A stretch of DNA of 64,000 bases from NCBI GenBank assembly GCA_002633005.1, contig NMRA01000157.1, positions 615,192-679,191 on the forward strand, written 5' to 3'. Position numbers and translations under genes: made by a program. Shown one piece after another: positions 10,501-25,600 of the stretch. The notes below the pieces were generated by a model that was not told the DNA's origin, searched no databases, and was given only the letters and a program-made list of their open reading frames with translations. Each line of letters opens with the position of its first letter. Within the stretch, counting starts at the first letter, position 1. The DNA is from Phoronis australis (taxonomy: Eukaryota; Animalia; Phoronida).

Positions 10501-13500
10501 TATTTACAGCCCAGACAATTTCCCGCCATCTGTTTTTACAACGATTCTTTATGAACACCTGTTGATTAAGCAAAAATTGATGCTAATATTTGCCTTCGAT
10601 GAAAATTCTAGAACAATCCTAGAGTAAACTAAAACTCAGTTAAGGTGGGATTTAACCACTGCTTGATGTAAAGTGAAAGAGGAATGACTGGGATACAAAC
10701 ATAAGGAACTCTTTATGTGTTTTGATGCACTGATTTCCGTGGATGACAAGAACAGTTGAGTTAACTCCTTTGTGTCAAGAATGCAGCGCTACCTGGTCAT
10801 GCCATGGGTACAGCAGTGCAAAGCCATCCTGTGAGTAGCAACAAATGTTCTCAAGGATGGCGTGTTCTTGGTATTTCCCCGTATATGCTTTGTCACCATG
10901 TATTCCAAGTGCCTGTTTGAGACACCAAACGATGCAAGTTGCTGCCACTGGAGTGACTCAACACCACAAAGTTATAGTCAACTGTGCCAGTAATTTTTGG
11001 CATTGCATACAATCAACAGATCTGATGTTCGTTAAGAATCATCGTACAAACATGGATGGCATGAAATGACATGGGCCACATACGTCACCTCCGGAATGAA
11101 GCATGAATAGTTAATCAGAACATGGGGGAATTTGATGAACATCAAAATTACATTAAGGATAACCAGAGAACTGTATTTCAACAAAAAATGACTTTCATAT
11201 GGTCCCTTCCTCTTTAAACCGAATACAGCAGAATTGTGACCGTCAAAAGACATTTTGTTCAATATGCTGTGGAGGACTAGGTGAATGCGCCAGTTAACAC
11301 AGATAAGAAAGTTAAATTGAGATCAAAACTAGGAAACAGGAACAAGGTTAAACACAGCAAATGACCATTCAGTAAACAGTTGCACCTTAGCCCTGGTCAT
11401 GTGCGTTGCCAGTCACATGATCTCAACTTGATGATAATCGAAGGTTTGACAGAAGATAAGTTGCCTGGTGATACTGTCACAAGACTGATAAACTACTGAA
11501 TGACTAAAATTTCCAAGAAATGGAATGACACGCGGAATAAATAACCTCGGAAATTTTGTCAATTCTGATAATGAAAGGAATATGCCTTCAATTCAACTGA
11601 TATCACAACGAATGTGTTCAAACAACTGCAATTCAGTTGACGATTTATAATTTGAAATGATTTTTGATAACTTACAAAAGGTAAAGATATCCTTTAAGTT
11701 TAATTGTATCCAACAGTGTACAGTGCTGTTTGCCATGCACAATCACAGCTAATAGTGACATAAGAACCAGAACTGAAATATGATTGATGCAGCACACTTT
11801 CTATTTCAACAGAAATAATCGATTGGTAGAACACCACAAACATTTGGCACAATTAAAATCAATAAAGAATGTGGAACAAATTTCCAATTCAGTTTGTCTT
11901 AAATAAGAATGTCTCTCAGAAATGCAGCAGATGTCAATGGGGGGGTTACACCTTGAACAAACTATTCACTAACTGAGCTCATTAACTATCAAACAAGCGC
12001 CTAGTCTAGAACAGATGGAAGTCGTAGACAAAAAATGGAACAGAAAAAAATCAAATTCCTGAGGGAAGTAAAAAGTGCATTGAAGTCTTATATAAAACAA
12101 AACGTCATTCAACAGTACCAAAAATTGAAATGTTCAAAGAACATACAACTTCATAAGAAACACTTAGTAACTTGAAGACTAACTGTATATGTGTAGTGAC
12201 AATCAATTCAAGCACACCCAAGCAAAAAGTAGCAGCATGCAAACTCAATAAAGCAACACATGTAATGAGATGATTGACCACCTAGAAAAGCAGAGCTTTT
12301 CTTCTGAGATGGAATCACATTGTTATGACAAAGATACGTGTTATGGGACATCAATGCTTGCTTCATGTTAACTTAAAGCTTAATAAACTCCAAAGGAAAA
12401 ATCAAAACATCAATCCATTACCAAGCTGTCACAAAATTGTTAACTGAGTATATGGATTGGAGGTCTTTTGTGCAACGTAATAAACAAAAACATGATCACA
12501 CTTTCAATCTCATTCAACATTAATCTCTAACTCAATTAAAATGATCCTGCACTAAGAATTATCAATTTAAATAACTGTAACCTGTTACATCAAATATGAT
12601 TAAACTCATCAATGCCATAATTAACCTCGTCACCAACCCCTAGTGATCAATATCATAGAATGTAGAACTGATTGAAACAACAGGAAATGACCGTTCAGAA
12701 AATATTTCAAGGATTTCTCTCACTAAGTAAATCTGACAGCAAACAGATTCTTATTTTCAATAAATATTTCACCAATTTCAGAACAAAATGATTACTATAA
12801 TTGTTCTGATATTTTCAAAGATATAAAACTGTTGAATGTCCACAATATCTCAATGCATTGACTGATTGTGTCTATGGTCTAGAGCTTAAAAAAACTATTT
12901 ATTTGATGGAAGTTATCTTTTTTGAAAAAATTAGCTTCACTTGTCCCCCATATTCAGTGTCCTAAATCGGTGAAATTCAAATAAAACATTTAAGTAACAA
13001 ACCTTTCTGTGCATCCAAAAATGAATAACAGCCATTATGACTCTGAATGCCCTTTGGTGTCACAGCAATTGAGAGCTGGAGATACAGGTATGTATTAATC
13101 ATTAAATGAGACCCACCCTATGGTGAAAAGCCCACTGATTAAATTAGAGACGCAATTGATCAATAAATTATTTATGTAGTCACACATCACTCTAGGCTCT
13201 GGAACATGCATATATTTTTCAAAACTTGCATGGTTTATTGAAGACTTTATAAATGTCTGAAACTGAGATTGTAGCAATACGTTCATTATTCATGAACATG
13301 TTGATTAAAGCAGAGACAAGTATATTTAAATTATCGCAAAAAACACTTGAAGTCAAAAAGAATAGAGGGCAAAACTAGTATTGAATCAGCACAACCCTGT
13401 ATGTGTAGGAATATGTCAGCAGGCATAATGTCTATTCTCACACACACATACCGAGGTAATCAGCTATTACATCCCAAGAACAAAAGAGCTGTTAGGACAT

Positions 13501-13718
13501 AAGGAAAAAGTATATGAGTTTCATAACCTCATATGACATATCACAGTGACCTAAAAGTAATTTGGCTCATCATAGCTAAGAAGCCAGATAACAAGATGTG
13601 AGCTTCAAAACGGGGACGTACGCAGTTTATAGAAAATGGTCCTTATGCTTTAAACTTGTCTTTACGAGTGGAAGGATTTGCCTGTTCTTCAAACTGTGGT
13701 AAACCTACAATACTCTAA

Positions 13719-14181
13719 AGGCCTTTTCATACGGACTTAACTGCAGTCTGAGCAGCTTCGATAATTAACGAATATTGAAGTAAACAGTAGGTCACGTAGT
13801 TGTCATCGAAGTAATTGCAAGGTAGCGCTGCACGATAACATTTTTTTTAATATGACAATTTGGGAACATTTACACATGCTAATTGACATAAAACTTACTT
13901 TTACTTCAATTGGTGGTTATTCAAGCAAAATATAAGCAACTATTAGCGACGACACTACCCTTTAATTGTTGACGATAACAGTGGCACCTGGCGATAACTT
14001 CGATGAGACCGAATTTGACTGTTCCTACTGCCCCGCAGCATTGACGCTACGCTGATAAATCTACCGGAGTACTACGAAGTTAACTGGCGCTGTTAACTTC
14101 AATCCAGGACCAAAGTTAACCGTTCATACTCACCGCAACTCCCCAAAACATCAACCCATCAATGTTAGTACGAAAGACCCT
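13719..14181. mobile_element. MITE (PIF/Harbinger-like)
   Basis: Imperfect TIRs AGGCCTTTTCATAC / GTACGAAAGACCCT flanked by TAA/TTA. A homologous inverted copy lies at ~28570-28960. Confidence 0.55.
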
Positions 14182-14592
14182 TTAGGGTTACACATTCCCA
14201 TGTTCACACTGCCTTCAGACCTTCAGGTCTGAAGGTCATTTCATGCATTAAAGGTGGGAACCCGAATGAGTCTCACGGTTTGTCAGACCAAAACATCACT
14301 GCAGTTTCTATCTTTAGAATATTTTGGAAAGAAATACAAAAAGACTTCCAGTGTCAGTAAAAGAGTTTTTAAGTTATCTCAAAAGATAACGATGGAGGAA
14401 TACAAAATCTCACCAATTTCAGATACAAAAATTTATTGCCAACGTTAATATTTTTCATTTATCAATGAAATATTCAAATACTGTTGTGAATGCCCACAAT
14501 GGTGAGATTTTACTATATTTTTGATAAAAACTGCAAGGCTGTGCAGGGATACCTTGATCATATTTTGTACATCATTATAAGTTAAGACTATA

Positions 14593-14981
14593 GTGCCGTT
14601 TACACTTACAAAGTTTACACGGATCAGCTGACACGGAACAAGTTGTTCCAGTGTGTAAAAGGATTGACACAGAGCAAATTTTTGCCACCCGTTTGTGAGG
14701 TAGAGCAATTTGCGCCCGAACATCTTGCGCCGTGTCAACTATAAGTCTAAACGCGAAACTGGAGCAAGGCGGAAAGAATCATCTCTACTGGGCGTCATAC
14801 GGGTTCCTTGTCTCTGCCATTCTCGTCATTTGTAAACCTGCGCATGTGTGATCCAGTCTCTGCAGCCCTGAATTTCCGTCTTGTCACGGTTAGTGAGTTG
14901 TGTGTGTAAACGGCCGCTTGACACGGGTCAATTTACTGCGTGTCAGTAGCGCCGGGCCAAAAGTTGATGTCTAACGGGACT
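14593..14981. mobile_element. Degenerate MITE with GCCGTTTACAC inverted ends
   Basis: GCCGTTTACAC (14595-14605) and GTGTAAACGGC (14904-14914), CpG-rich interior, and a related fragment at ~18100-18150. Right boundary uncertain. Confidence 0.4.
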
Positions 14982-16335
14982 TTTTTAAACCACATACTTC
15001 TAACACTTGAAATGTAATGGACAGGACAGGTGTAAACTTGGTAAATTAGTAAGATAATCAGAATTCAAATCATAAACTTTCTCATATTTTGGACTCCTAG
15101 AAATTTGAAAAAAGTTAAAGATAATTCTGACACTCTGTTTTTCATTACTGAGAAAGACATACCTGAAGGGAGACAAAAAATGCCTCTATAGGCATAGTAC
15201 ACGAACTTCTTTATCTCCAATGTATGTTCACAAGGAAGTTTAAGGCGAGACTGAATATACTAATCTTTGGACCTCTGATAATCAGGAACTAGGTTTTCAT
15301 ACAAATCACTTTCTGGAGCCCCATTTCCACCCATAATACAGGTGAAACAACAAAACAATTCAGTTGGCCATAAATGTATTCACACAAATTACATAACAAT
15401 CCTATTTCAGAAAGTTCATTTGTATAATACTGTAATTTAATATGGTGCTTTAAGTTATTAGGCAGCTCACTATCTTCAAGAGTTATATTTCTTCAGGGCT
15501 CGAGGTTGCCATGGGACTTCAGATTTTGTTTAGTGACCTTGTAAAAATGCCATGTTGAATACCTCTGAGCCCACACTTAAAATACTACAGGATCTGCACA
15601 GTTGAAAGTCAGAAACATTCAGCAAAAATCAGCTGAGCTTGTTTATGTATCGTGTACAGGTAATATGAGGTCATGGTCTAGTTCTGCATTAGAGCCTGTT
15701 TGGGATATTGAGTCCAAGTGGGGGACCTCAGCCATAAACGTACACACAGTACTACTTTTCCGTTCTACTTAAAAAAACGTTGCATGCCGAGTCAGAGTGC
15801 ACATTTGCTGAGTTCATTTCAGGTATTGTGCGTGTGTCATTTGTAACTCTTGCAAACTATGCATTGTTTGTAGAAGCCAGGACTTTTACAATACCCTCAC
15901 AAGGTTTCCTGGTTTTGGCAACGACAGTTCTGGTTTGGTGACTTGGAAATTTTGCCTCAGTGGTCACATTTGGCAAGCTGACATTATGCTGAGCACTGAC
16001 CTTCAAATATTTTTAAAAACGTAAGTTTTGATCCAATCCCTTGGATAGCAAAGAAACCAATACATTGTTCTCCACATTCAAAAATTCAAACAGGTCACGT
16101 TTTCAACCACAAAATTTAGACAGTGTGCAGTGCATGCATATTATAGAGAACACGCAAAATTTTTTGTTCAAAATGAAAAAATCAATTGTGCCGTGTGCTA
16201 TATGAACAGGTCACAGGCAAATTTGAACAGGTAGCATCACTATGGAGTTCAACACTGCAATAACATGCAGAAAAATAACTTGCCTATACATTAGTAGTCG
16301 CAAGACCAGTGTTCTGTCTTGAGAAAATGTATTTA

Positions 16336-16630
16336 CCGTAATCGTTCGGGTTAACGCCCATGCTCAGTTAACCGCCCATCCCCGACTTTATGTGGATTTC
16401 GATTTAACCGCCCACTGCTCAGTTAACCGCCCCCCTGCGATTTTTGAAGATTTCCAGTTAAGCGCCCACCTCTCGGTTAAGCGCCCATCCCCGACTTTTA
16501 AAGAATGAAGATTTAGCGCCTAGTGCTAAGGAAACGCGCGTTTTCCCGACTTTTAGAAAAAGATGATGATCACAAAGAGCGCAACGACGCCGGGCTTCCG
16601 AGACGGTGGTTTAGCAATGTGAATTACAAT
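16336..16630. mobile_element. Terminal fragment of the CCGTA-TIR transposon family, cut by a scaffold gap
   Basis: TA|CCGTAATCGTTCGGGTTAACGCCCATGCTCAGTTAACCGCCC matches the reverse complement of ~5060-5347 and stops at N16631. Confidence 0.8.
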
Positions 16631-19600
16631 NGTTTTAATCCAATCCCTTGGATAGCAAAGAAACCAATACATTGTTCTCCACATTCAAAAATTCAAACAG
16701 GTCACGTTTTCAACCATAAAATTTAGACAGTGTGCAGTGCATGCATATTATAGAGAACACGCAAAATTTTTTGTTCAAAATGAAAAAATCAATTGTGCCG
16801 TGTGCTATATGAACAGGTCACAGGCAAATTTGAACAGGTAGCATCACTTTGGAGTTCAACACTGCAATAACATGCAGAAAAATAACTTGCCTATACATTA
16901 GTAGTCGCAAGACCAGTGTTCTGTCTTGAGAAAATGTATTTATACTAACAAGTGCCAATATTTTCACAGATACAAAAACTTCCTCCTGAAACTTGAATAT
17001 TCTGTTTATTCATTCTATTAGCTAGAGAAGTGTGTCTGGGATTTTCCTTAAAAGCCTTATAGCCTGAGTGCATGGCTTTTGAAAAACTTGCAAGTCTTCA
17101 TTTTTTGTTAAAAGCTCAAATCTTGCGTTAAGAAGCCTTGAAAGAAAATATGAGACAATATGAAAATAACAGAGTCAATAAACAGAATTTGCAAGTGAAA
17201 TTTGGGAAAATCTCGATAAAAAATGCATCTTTTTAGAAATAAAAGTGTCACACGACCACAGGCATTCAAGAATCTTTACGAGTACGTTTGTGAGCTGACC
17301 AAGGATTAAAAACTTAGCTTTTTACAAGATATTTGAGGAAATGTCAACTACCCTGGTAAAGTTCTGACAGTTAAATATTAGACCGCGCTTTAAGTTGACA
17401 TTAACTCGGATGAATCATTAACATACAAGCTGCAGAGTGAATTAAGTCATAACCCATCATGGCTTATTCATGAATATTCATGAATCAGCTGCCTTTGCAA
17501 TGCAAGAAGTCTCAACACCCTCAGTTCATATCCTATTTCACCAGCATGACCATGTTGTTGCTAACCAACATCACCTTCATAACACTTGACAATAATGGCA
17601 GAAAGCAAGTACTTTGTGGTTAACAATGTGCAAGGAATGGTCTGAGATGTGTCAAAGCAGACACATTAACTGACACTGCAATCATCAGAAAAGGGGAAAT
17701 TTGTGTAATTTACACTTGGAAGATTCGCTCTGTTTACCTGGCTGAAGAGCGAAAATGAAATAACACCTTTCACTTTAATAAAATCAGTTTTACTGATTCA
17801 TTACCGTGATAGGACTCTTATCTCCTGTATAACATCCAAACCATTAGCACTTCACAAAAGTGTAATGGAGTTGGCCAACTCTAAAATTGTGGATTCGAAA
17901 ATGAGGAATGTAGGCTTTATCTGGTTCCGGGAGTCCAGTGGTTGGTGGTAATTTTGTCCTTTGGTAAGTCATGGAAGCCTATCACAATAAGGAATATTAC
18001 GAGACTTATTTTATGAGAGTACACAAACTAATACGATTTTCATGCCCCTATCTTGTGAACAGGTGTAGTGCCGAGGCATGCTGTTTTGAGTAATACTGGT
18101 AAAAGTTAACACGGATCAGTCTACAAGGAACGAGTTGGCACCGTACACATGAGTGAACAATGGACACCTTGATGTCAATAGTTTCTGAGGTTGAGCTACT
18201 AATGTGCCCAATCCCTTAGCTCTGAATCAACTACATATCTACCGTAAATACAGCCTGATCACTTCGCTCTCTATCAACTACATGTCCAAACACAACATCA
18301 AAGTAAAGTGGAAGCCATCATGTAACCATAGACTATATCTGTTGTCCATAATCTATGATGTAACCTGTGCTTGCACAACAATGTCATCATTTTCTCGCCA
18401 CATCTATGAACTAACTTACTTTCAGTGAACTATTTTGCAACCATTGTGTTAAAATTTTCAACAACCTCTTCAAATCTAATCTACATATGCAATAACTTGA
18501 ATCTAGTTTTTCTCTTACTCAACATCAACGGCAACTCCCACCATTTGCAATCCTGAGCAAGTGCATTAACAACTTCCTTCTAGTCACATTTTCTATGCTT
18601 ATCGACCCCCCCCTCCCCAAATAATGAACACTAGTGGTACACTTGTTTGGGTGCTCAGCTGAAATGGGGGGGAAACGGGTCAAGATGTCCAGAGACAAGT
18701 TGAACTTTGAGTAACTGTCTTCCAGGATACAGAAATAGTTCAAAGGCAGGGCCAGAACTAGGGTGGTTTGTCATTCAGTTTCATGGATTTAGTAAACAAG
18801 GATTACGGATTCTTATCAATTTTTGTTTGAGTCCCAATGTTACACTCAGCAATGAAAACAATAAATATAAGTAACTTATAGTAACAGGAATTATAACATA
18901 AATCTTTACTTAAGTTTATTTGTAGTACGGATGTAGGCAAAACAAGTTTAAAAAACAGATTTTCTTGATATCTTCAGACAAATTCCAGAACACCAACCTT
19001 ATAAAGAGAATCATTGAAATGGGGTGCTAATGCCAGGCACGTGGCAAATAAATTACAAATGCTGAAAGAAAACAGTTTAACAATAACAGCCAGAGTTTTT
19101 GGACACAAAAACCAACAATAGCAGCTAAAGCTTGCAATGTTTGCAAAATAAACAACCAACTGAATGTGTCAGTATTGCTAGTTAGGCCAGAACAGATTCA
19201 CAGTGTACTAGTATAGTTTTATCACAGACAGACCAAGAGGAAGAAAAATAAGTAAAATAATATCAGACACACACATATACCAATTTCCAGTGGTTTACCT
19301 AGAAACACAGGTCCGACCAGTGCTGGGTACTTGAGGATCAAAATTTATGACATACAAGCTAATATAGAACAGATAAATATCAAGCCATGCCACCAGACCA
19401 ATGGTGGTGTCAGCCCAAAACATAAATTGGTGTGTATAAATTGTGATAAGAGAAATTCAGTGAGCAAATAAAAAGTTTTATCAAACAATTCTATGATTAC
19501 TCACCACCAGGTAAAAGAATTCAAGTGCCAATTTTATCATTCAAATTCTGAAGTACAGATCATAAAATGGCATTACGAAGGGTCACTTGGCTATTGACTG

Positions 19601-20360
19601 TCTACTGTGTATAATTTAAGGAAGTTCACAAAGCAGAAATGTCATCAATTATAGAAACATCCAATGCAACAACATAGCATCATAATTAAATGAAAAACAG
19701 ACCATGAACCATGTATGAATCTTTCACTCAAAATGCCATGTTTTAACACATACACACCTTTAACCACATACTTAAATCGCCATGGTTTTTCTACAGACTT
19801 CAGACGAGTTCAGTTAATAACAAAGCTACATTTTGACAATTTCAAAATTTTCCATACATTATAAAAACTTACTAATTAATTCCGTAAATCGTCCTCCAAG
19901 GTATATTCAAGACTACGTTCAAATCAAAAATTTATTGTCCTTAACACTGGTAAATTTTATCAAAAATTGTATTTGCTTACCCGGACGGAATAGAAGACAC
20001 AAGTCAATCTTGTCTACACGTAACGAGATAAGAGGGACTGACCGCACCTTCTATGTCAAATATCCCTTACACCATTGAAGTGGTGTGGCACGCAAAGACA
20101 CTAAACATGAAAGATAAGATAGAGTAGCAGCCAGGCAACCTTCCTTGAAGCCAAGACATCCACTACAGTTAAATTACCAACAAAATACAAAAAGGAACAT
20201 CAACAGCTCAAAAAACAAGAATCTAATTCATAGCACCTCCACATTGTTGGATTGTACAGTTAAAGTACAAAGTACTGCAAATGCATAGTCCTAAAATGAA
20301 ACTGCCGTATTCAAGTTCTGTACCACAGCTATCAACAGACAAGGTTTTTGAAAAATTGTA

Positions 20361-21645
20361 CCGTCTCCACCCTAATAAGCGCCCAGGTCGCTTAGAAAAT
20401 TGGCTTCAGGAAGGGGGGCGCTTATTATAGCACGAAAGTGGTTGAAATCCGGTTTCCGAAACAGGTGAAATTGTAAGCTAGAACTCATCAAATTTTTCTG
20501 CAACCTATGACAAAGTTTCTACAAAATTGCAGTGTATTGCTATCAAACTTTGTAGTTAAATTACGAGCATTTATCAGAAAATCCCAGTGCAAAAACTCGC
20601 CGACTGATGCGTCATTGCCTCACAATCGCCGAAAGGTCAACTTGAATTCTTGAGTAAAAATATAGTTTCGATTCAACAAATTAGTCCTCCTTAAGTTTTC
20701 ACAATAGAATCCCCAAGATTTTCAAGTTCCTGTGGAATTGAGATTAACAGCATGTTAAGTCCAAATCTGCGCTAGATCGTACTCCGCAATACGAGAAAAA
20801 TCTCTGAGCGAACACGCATTTGTTTTGAAGTTCGTCTGCTTATTGTGTGAGTGAGCGAGCATGTGCGTGTCATCAGAGTTCATTTGCCAGAGTAAATGCA
20901 ATGTAACGATCTAGGTGTTCATTGTAAGCACGGAAATTAACACAAGCAATAAAGCACATGTTTTATTTAGCACTTGTTGATCTCATCTGCTAAAAAACGT
21001 TCGGGAATTGTCTCAGTAAGGCCGATGTCATTGAGTCACCGGGTGACTAGATGCGTGACAGTCTAACCGTAGATTCGGGGGGTGTAAGGGTATGAAAGTA
21101 TTCACTATAGTGGGTCATTTTGACTTTAAAAAACACCAATTACGACTAATTTAATAACTCCTCCTTAAAAATAACGCAAACGTTTTGACGGTATTAGAAA
21201 CTTTCGAAATTAAGTGCCGACGCTATGCTCCCTGTTTCATGAATAGATTGTTGACGAAGACTAATCTTCGATGACAGGTACTTGAATGTAGCGCGAGCTT
21301 CCTGGCCACGTGCTTCTAACTGACCAAAGATCAAGTTTTTATTAGTCTTTGATTTGCGCTTGCATTCTTTTTGAAGCACGGCGGCGGAAGTTTGAAGTTT
21401 ACAGTCACGGCTAAATGCCAACATAGTGGCGAGGCTCGTGGTCTACAAATTCCACGCACAATGATTTTTCAGGACTGTCGGATCTTATTGATAAACTCAA
21501 GACGTTAATGTAGAATTTTAGAACTGCAGGTAAGGCATTTTTCGCATGTACACAGCGTTCATGGACTGGGCGCTTATTTTAGTAAAGTCTGGAAACGCAT
21601 TGGGGGCGCTTATAGGGGCATTGGGTCTTATTAGGGCGAATACAG
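20361..21645. mobile_element. Non-autonomous TA-TSD TIR transposon (mariner/pogo-like), second family
   Basis: TA|CCGTCTCCACCCTAATAAGCGCCC ... GGGTCTTATTAGGGCGAATACAG|TA, subterminal GGGCGCTTAT repeats, CpG-rich interior. Confidence 0.7.
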
Positions 21646-22372
21646 TAATAATTCCCAACAACGTTAGAAGCCCTTGAAAAATGAAGAAATTGTTAATTTG
21701 GCTTTTTTGGTAGACAATGGTGAGATGTCACTACATCGAAGACAAGAAAGATGTGTTTCTTTATCTTATCATGGACATTAAAGCTCAAGAGCACGGTAAA
21801 GAGTTTCATTTCTGAAGCTTTGCTGCTTGTTTGCATTTACTACAACCAAAGGTTTAGTTTCACAACAATAGACACACCCAGAAATACCGTTTTCTAAGTT
21901 CCATCATCCTCCCATCAGCAGAACTGATGTATGGCAATGGAAAGATGAATAAACCTCATTAAATTTGGGTAAAAACAGAGCTTACTGGTACAGTATTGTG
22001 TAAAACAACTTAAGACTATTCAAAACTCACTTGATAGCACAAATGAGATAACGGCCCTGTCCATAGCAATGCGTAAATTTAGGAAGTCATGTGGGACCGT
22101 TAGGGTTAGCGAACACAGACAGCAATGCATCTCAAATGTAAATGAACTGAACCCTTAGCTTATTTGCCACACAAGAGTGTGGGGAATCTCTCACTTGTTG
22201 AATTTCTTTGACCAGGAAAACTTAAATCCTCATAGTATGTGGGCCAATGAAAGTGCTAATTTTGAAGACTATTATGACTTAGTTTTCAGGTCAATGAGCA
22301 TTTTGCTTCTCAGTTTGCAGGTAAGGATGGCGTGAGGTAAATTTCACGAGGCAGACAACTGAGCTTGCAGCT

Positions 22373-22607
22373 TTCTGTCCAAACCCGCCCTTCTGTCCAC
22401 ACCGGCCCTTCCGTCCACACCGGCCCTTCCGTCCACACCGGCCCTTCCGTCCACACCGGCCCTTCCGTCCACACCGGCCCTTCCGTCCACACCGGCCCTG
22501 CCGTCCACACCGGCCCTTCTGTCCACACCGGCCCTTCTGTCCACACCGGCCCTTCTGTCCACACCGGCCCTTCTGTCCACACCGGCCCTTCTGTCTACAC
22601 CGGCCCT
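22373..22607. repeat. 18-bp GC-rich minisatellite (GGCCCTTCYGTCCACACC), about 13 copies
   Basis: Direct tandem copies that account for the four repetitive ORFs in the track. Confidence 0.95.
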
Positions 22608-25600
22608 TAGCCCACAGACACACTGTGTTGGTGAACTACTTTTTGCTCACAATCTTAATACAGGTGTTACAAAAAAAAGAAGAACCTCTATTCATCAACA
22701 TCACCTGTTAAATAAAAAGTCTCCCGTTACATGATACAAGGCTGAAAAAGTAACCATGGCATTTAATATGAAGCTCAGTCGATAAAAAAAATTCAAAGAA
22801 CCCACAGACAGATAAAGCTATTGACAGAAGCTACTGTTGGCATCAGCATTATGTTCACTTTCATGTCTCAACTTTCTTGTCATCACAGTTCTATATCATT
22901 TATCAACAAAAGGGATACTACAAACAAATGGTTCATTATACAAGTATGGCATGAAACCAATAAATTCAATTGATTCTGTTGGTGGCTTTGTTAATGATAA
23001 CTGGGTCGATTGATGTCTTGTTTAAGAGCTGTGTATTACTTATCATGTGTTAGGGTGGTGCAGACATGAACATCTTTGAACTTAATATGAATGGCAAGTT
23101 TGTCCACCAACAGTATCTCACTAACATAGATAAAAGTCAAAAGCATAGCACATTCTCAACTCCCTGGACTCCTGGGTAGTTGGCAAAATCTAACATGCTG
23201 TAGTGATCTGTAACATTACACATAATTACAAGGCTACAGTATCAGTAAGTGCTGAAAGCAAGAGACAAAATAGCCAGGCTTTCCTGGCAATCACAATTCA
23301 GACAAAAGCAAATTCAAACATAATTCAAGGGTGAAAATATGAGCCTACAGTCATGCTTGATCATTCAGCATAGGTTAACAACACTACCTTGAAACATTCA
23401 ACCTTAACATAAAATATGTATCAAAATGGTGACTAGGCAACAAACATAGCTAAGCTTAGTTAAATCACCAAAACAATAAAGGTAATGTCTTCCTGGCTAA
23501 ATTTATCTAAGTGATATTACATCTGCAGTTTAAGTTTGCAGACAACAAAAGGGAAGTAATTACCAGGTGTGGGTTTGCTCAGATACACACCTGGGAGTGT
23601 CGAATTTTTTGCTGCTCTAGAGCAAGTTTTTCTAGCGTAACTCCTAGCGTGAACGCTACTTATGTTGAACAAACACCAAATGAAATGGTGCTTTACGCGC
23701 TTGTAAAATTTGTGGTAACATGCCCTAGCAGTTTATGAAAAATGAAAACTCTTGGTAGCTACAGAAATCCATTTGATGAAACTTTAAATCAGTTTCATCA
23801 AACACTGCTCCATAGAATGAACTCATTAGATTTAGTAGACTTTGTAAAGAATTTTTACACTTAATTGTGTTTACAAAATAGAAATACACATAACCTTATT
23901 AACTAGTCTGTGGAAAATAACTCCATAAAAGCAATGTATTTTCTAAAAGTAGATTGAGTATTGAATCCATATAAGACTTGGTGACAATTTGGGACAAGTG
24001 ACCATGTCCTTTTAACAAACTTCAGCAAAAAGAAAGGCCCATAACCAAAACAATGATCAGGCGTATTTCTGAGTGCAGATTTGTGATAAGACTTATGGTG
24101 TCAAAACACCACCAGTTAACCATAGGCCCCAAGTTTGCACTCTTGTCAATTCTCTGCTAAATCTATTTAGGAGACCCACATTAACCTAACACATACGTAA
24201 GCAATATCAATGTTTGATCACAAGGTCAAATGACAAATCTCCCATAAACCTTGTGACATGGAGCTTAAAAACCCAGTAATAGACTTATTGATCAACAATT
24301 AGAAATATTATGCAGCCAGTTGACAAGCAAAATTACAACCAGCCTTGTTTGTACTGAAACTGATGTGTTATACGGAAATACATCATACCAACTTTTTCCA
24401 TGAAAAACATCAAAAACAATTCAACAAAGATTACCTATCATTACTCATGTTTCAGTCATTGATATTTCAATCCAAGCTGGAATGTTAGTGTGGAATTTTA
24501 ACACAGTCTCCATTAGGACAGATTAACATGATATCCTTAAAGATACTGGTATGTGAGCCCTGAGGGCAATCTGTACTCTCTAAAATTTAACAAAGCAAAT
24601 GTGACATTGGCAGTTGTCTGTTGTTCAAGTGTTAGGTTAAAATCATTAGCAACTGAAGTTTGATGAATACTTTCTCTTTCCATTACAAAACTTCAAGACC
24701 AATATTTCAAATTATAAACTTCTGAAAAACAATTCAGCGCTAATTCCAGGTAAGAGTGACTGCAGTTAGATTGTGAGCTTTGAAAAGTTAATTTAGAGCA
24801 CAGAGCACTTGGTTGAACACTGAAATTTCATTTCATTAAATATGTCAACAAAACTAAACAGGAAAAGTTTACTTCTTTCATACAGTTTGTGCTGTAGGCT
24901 TGTAGTAGCCATAACAGAGTGATGAAAGATTCGACACATATTAGTAGCAATCAGTGAGTTTTCTAAAAATGAGAAAATGGGAATTTCAACAATGAACTCT
25001 TTCATTAGAATTAGAAGAAATGTCATTGTACTCCAATACAACTGTTACACTCAACATCACCAATAACACCTGGATTTTTCAATCATTGAACTAAGGTACA
25101 CTAAGCAGCAAATCTGGATTCCTTTAATAGACCAAGTACCAGCATTATGACTCAGTTTGTGTTTCTGACTTGACACAAACAATGTGGTTAAATATCAGGA
25201 TAATAGAGTCAAAGGTCTGGCTAGTTAATATGAATGGAATCCAGTAAATACATTGCATCAATGAATAGAATTTATAGACCACTATGAGCAACAAAGAATT
25301 AAGACCTACTGTAAAATATTTACCTGTTGGTGGTAATATAAGGAATGCACAGGCATTGAGCATATATTGCAATTGAAGGCGAAAATATCGTAGAAAAAAT
25401 TATTTTAGACTTGAAAAACAAAAACAACAAGCAAATTATTCACATAAAGTTACATAGTATAGAAGAAAAAATATATTTTGCAGCCCAGGGATTCATCCGG
25501 AATTTCAGAAAGAGGGCAACCAAAATGTGTTTCCCTGCTGTTCAGGACGACCATGACCAATGACACTTGAGTTCCAAGACGGCTTTTTTACAACTCCAAG

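Noticed and set aside
16025-16942. Real 311-bp segmental duplication or very long TSD
   Set aside because: The second copy starts exactly at the N gap, which is better explained as an allelic contig overlap.
22291-22623. Repetitive ORFs (GRCGQK, WTEGPV, VHTGPS, DRRAGV)
   Set aside because: Artefact of a stop-free 18-bp minisatellite open in several frames on both strands, with no supporting gene structure.
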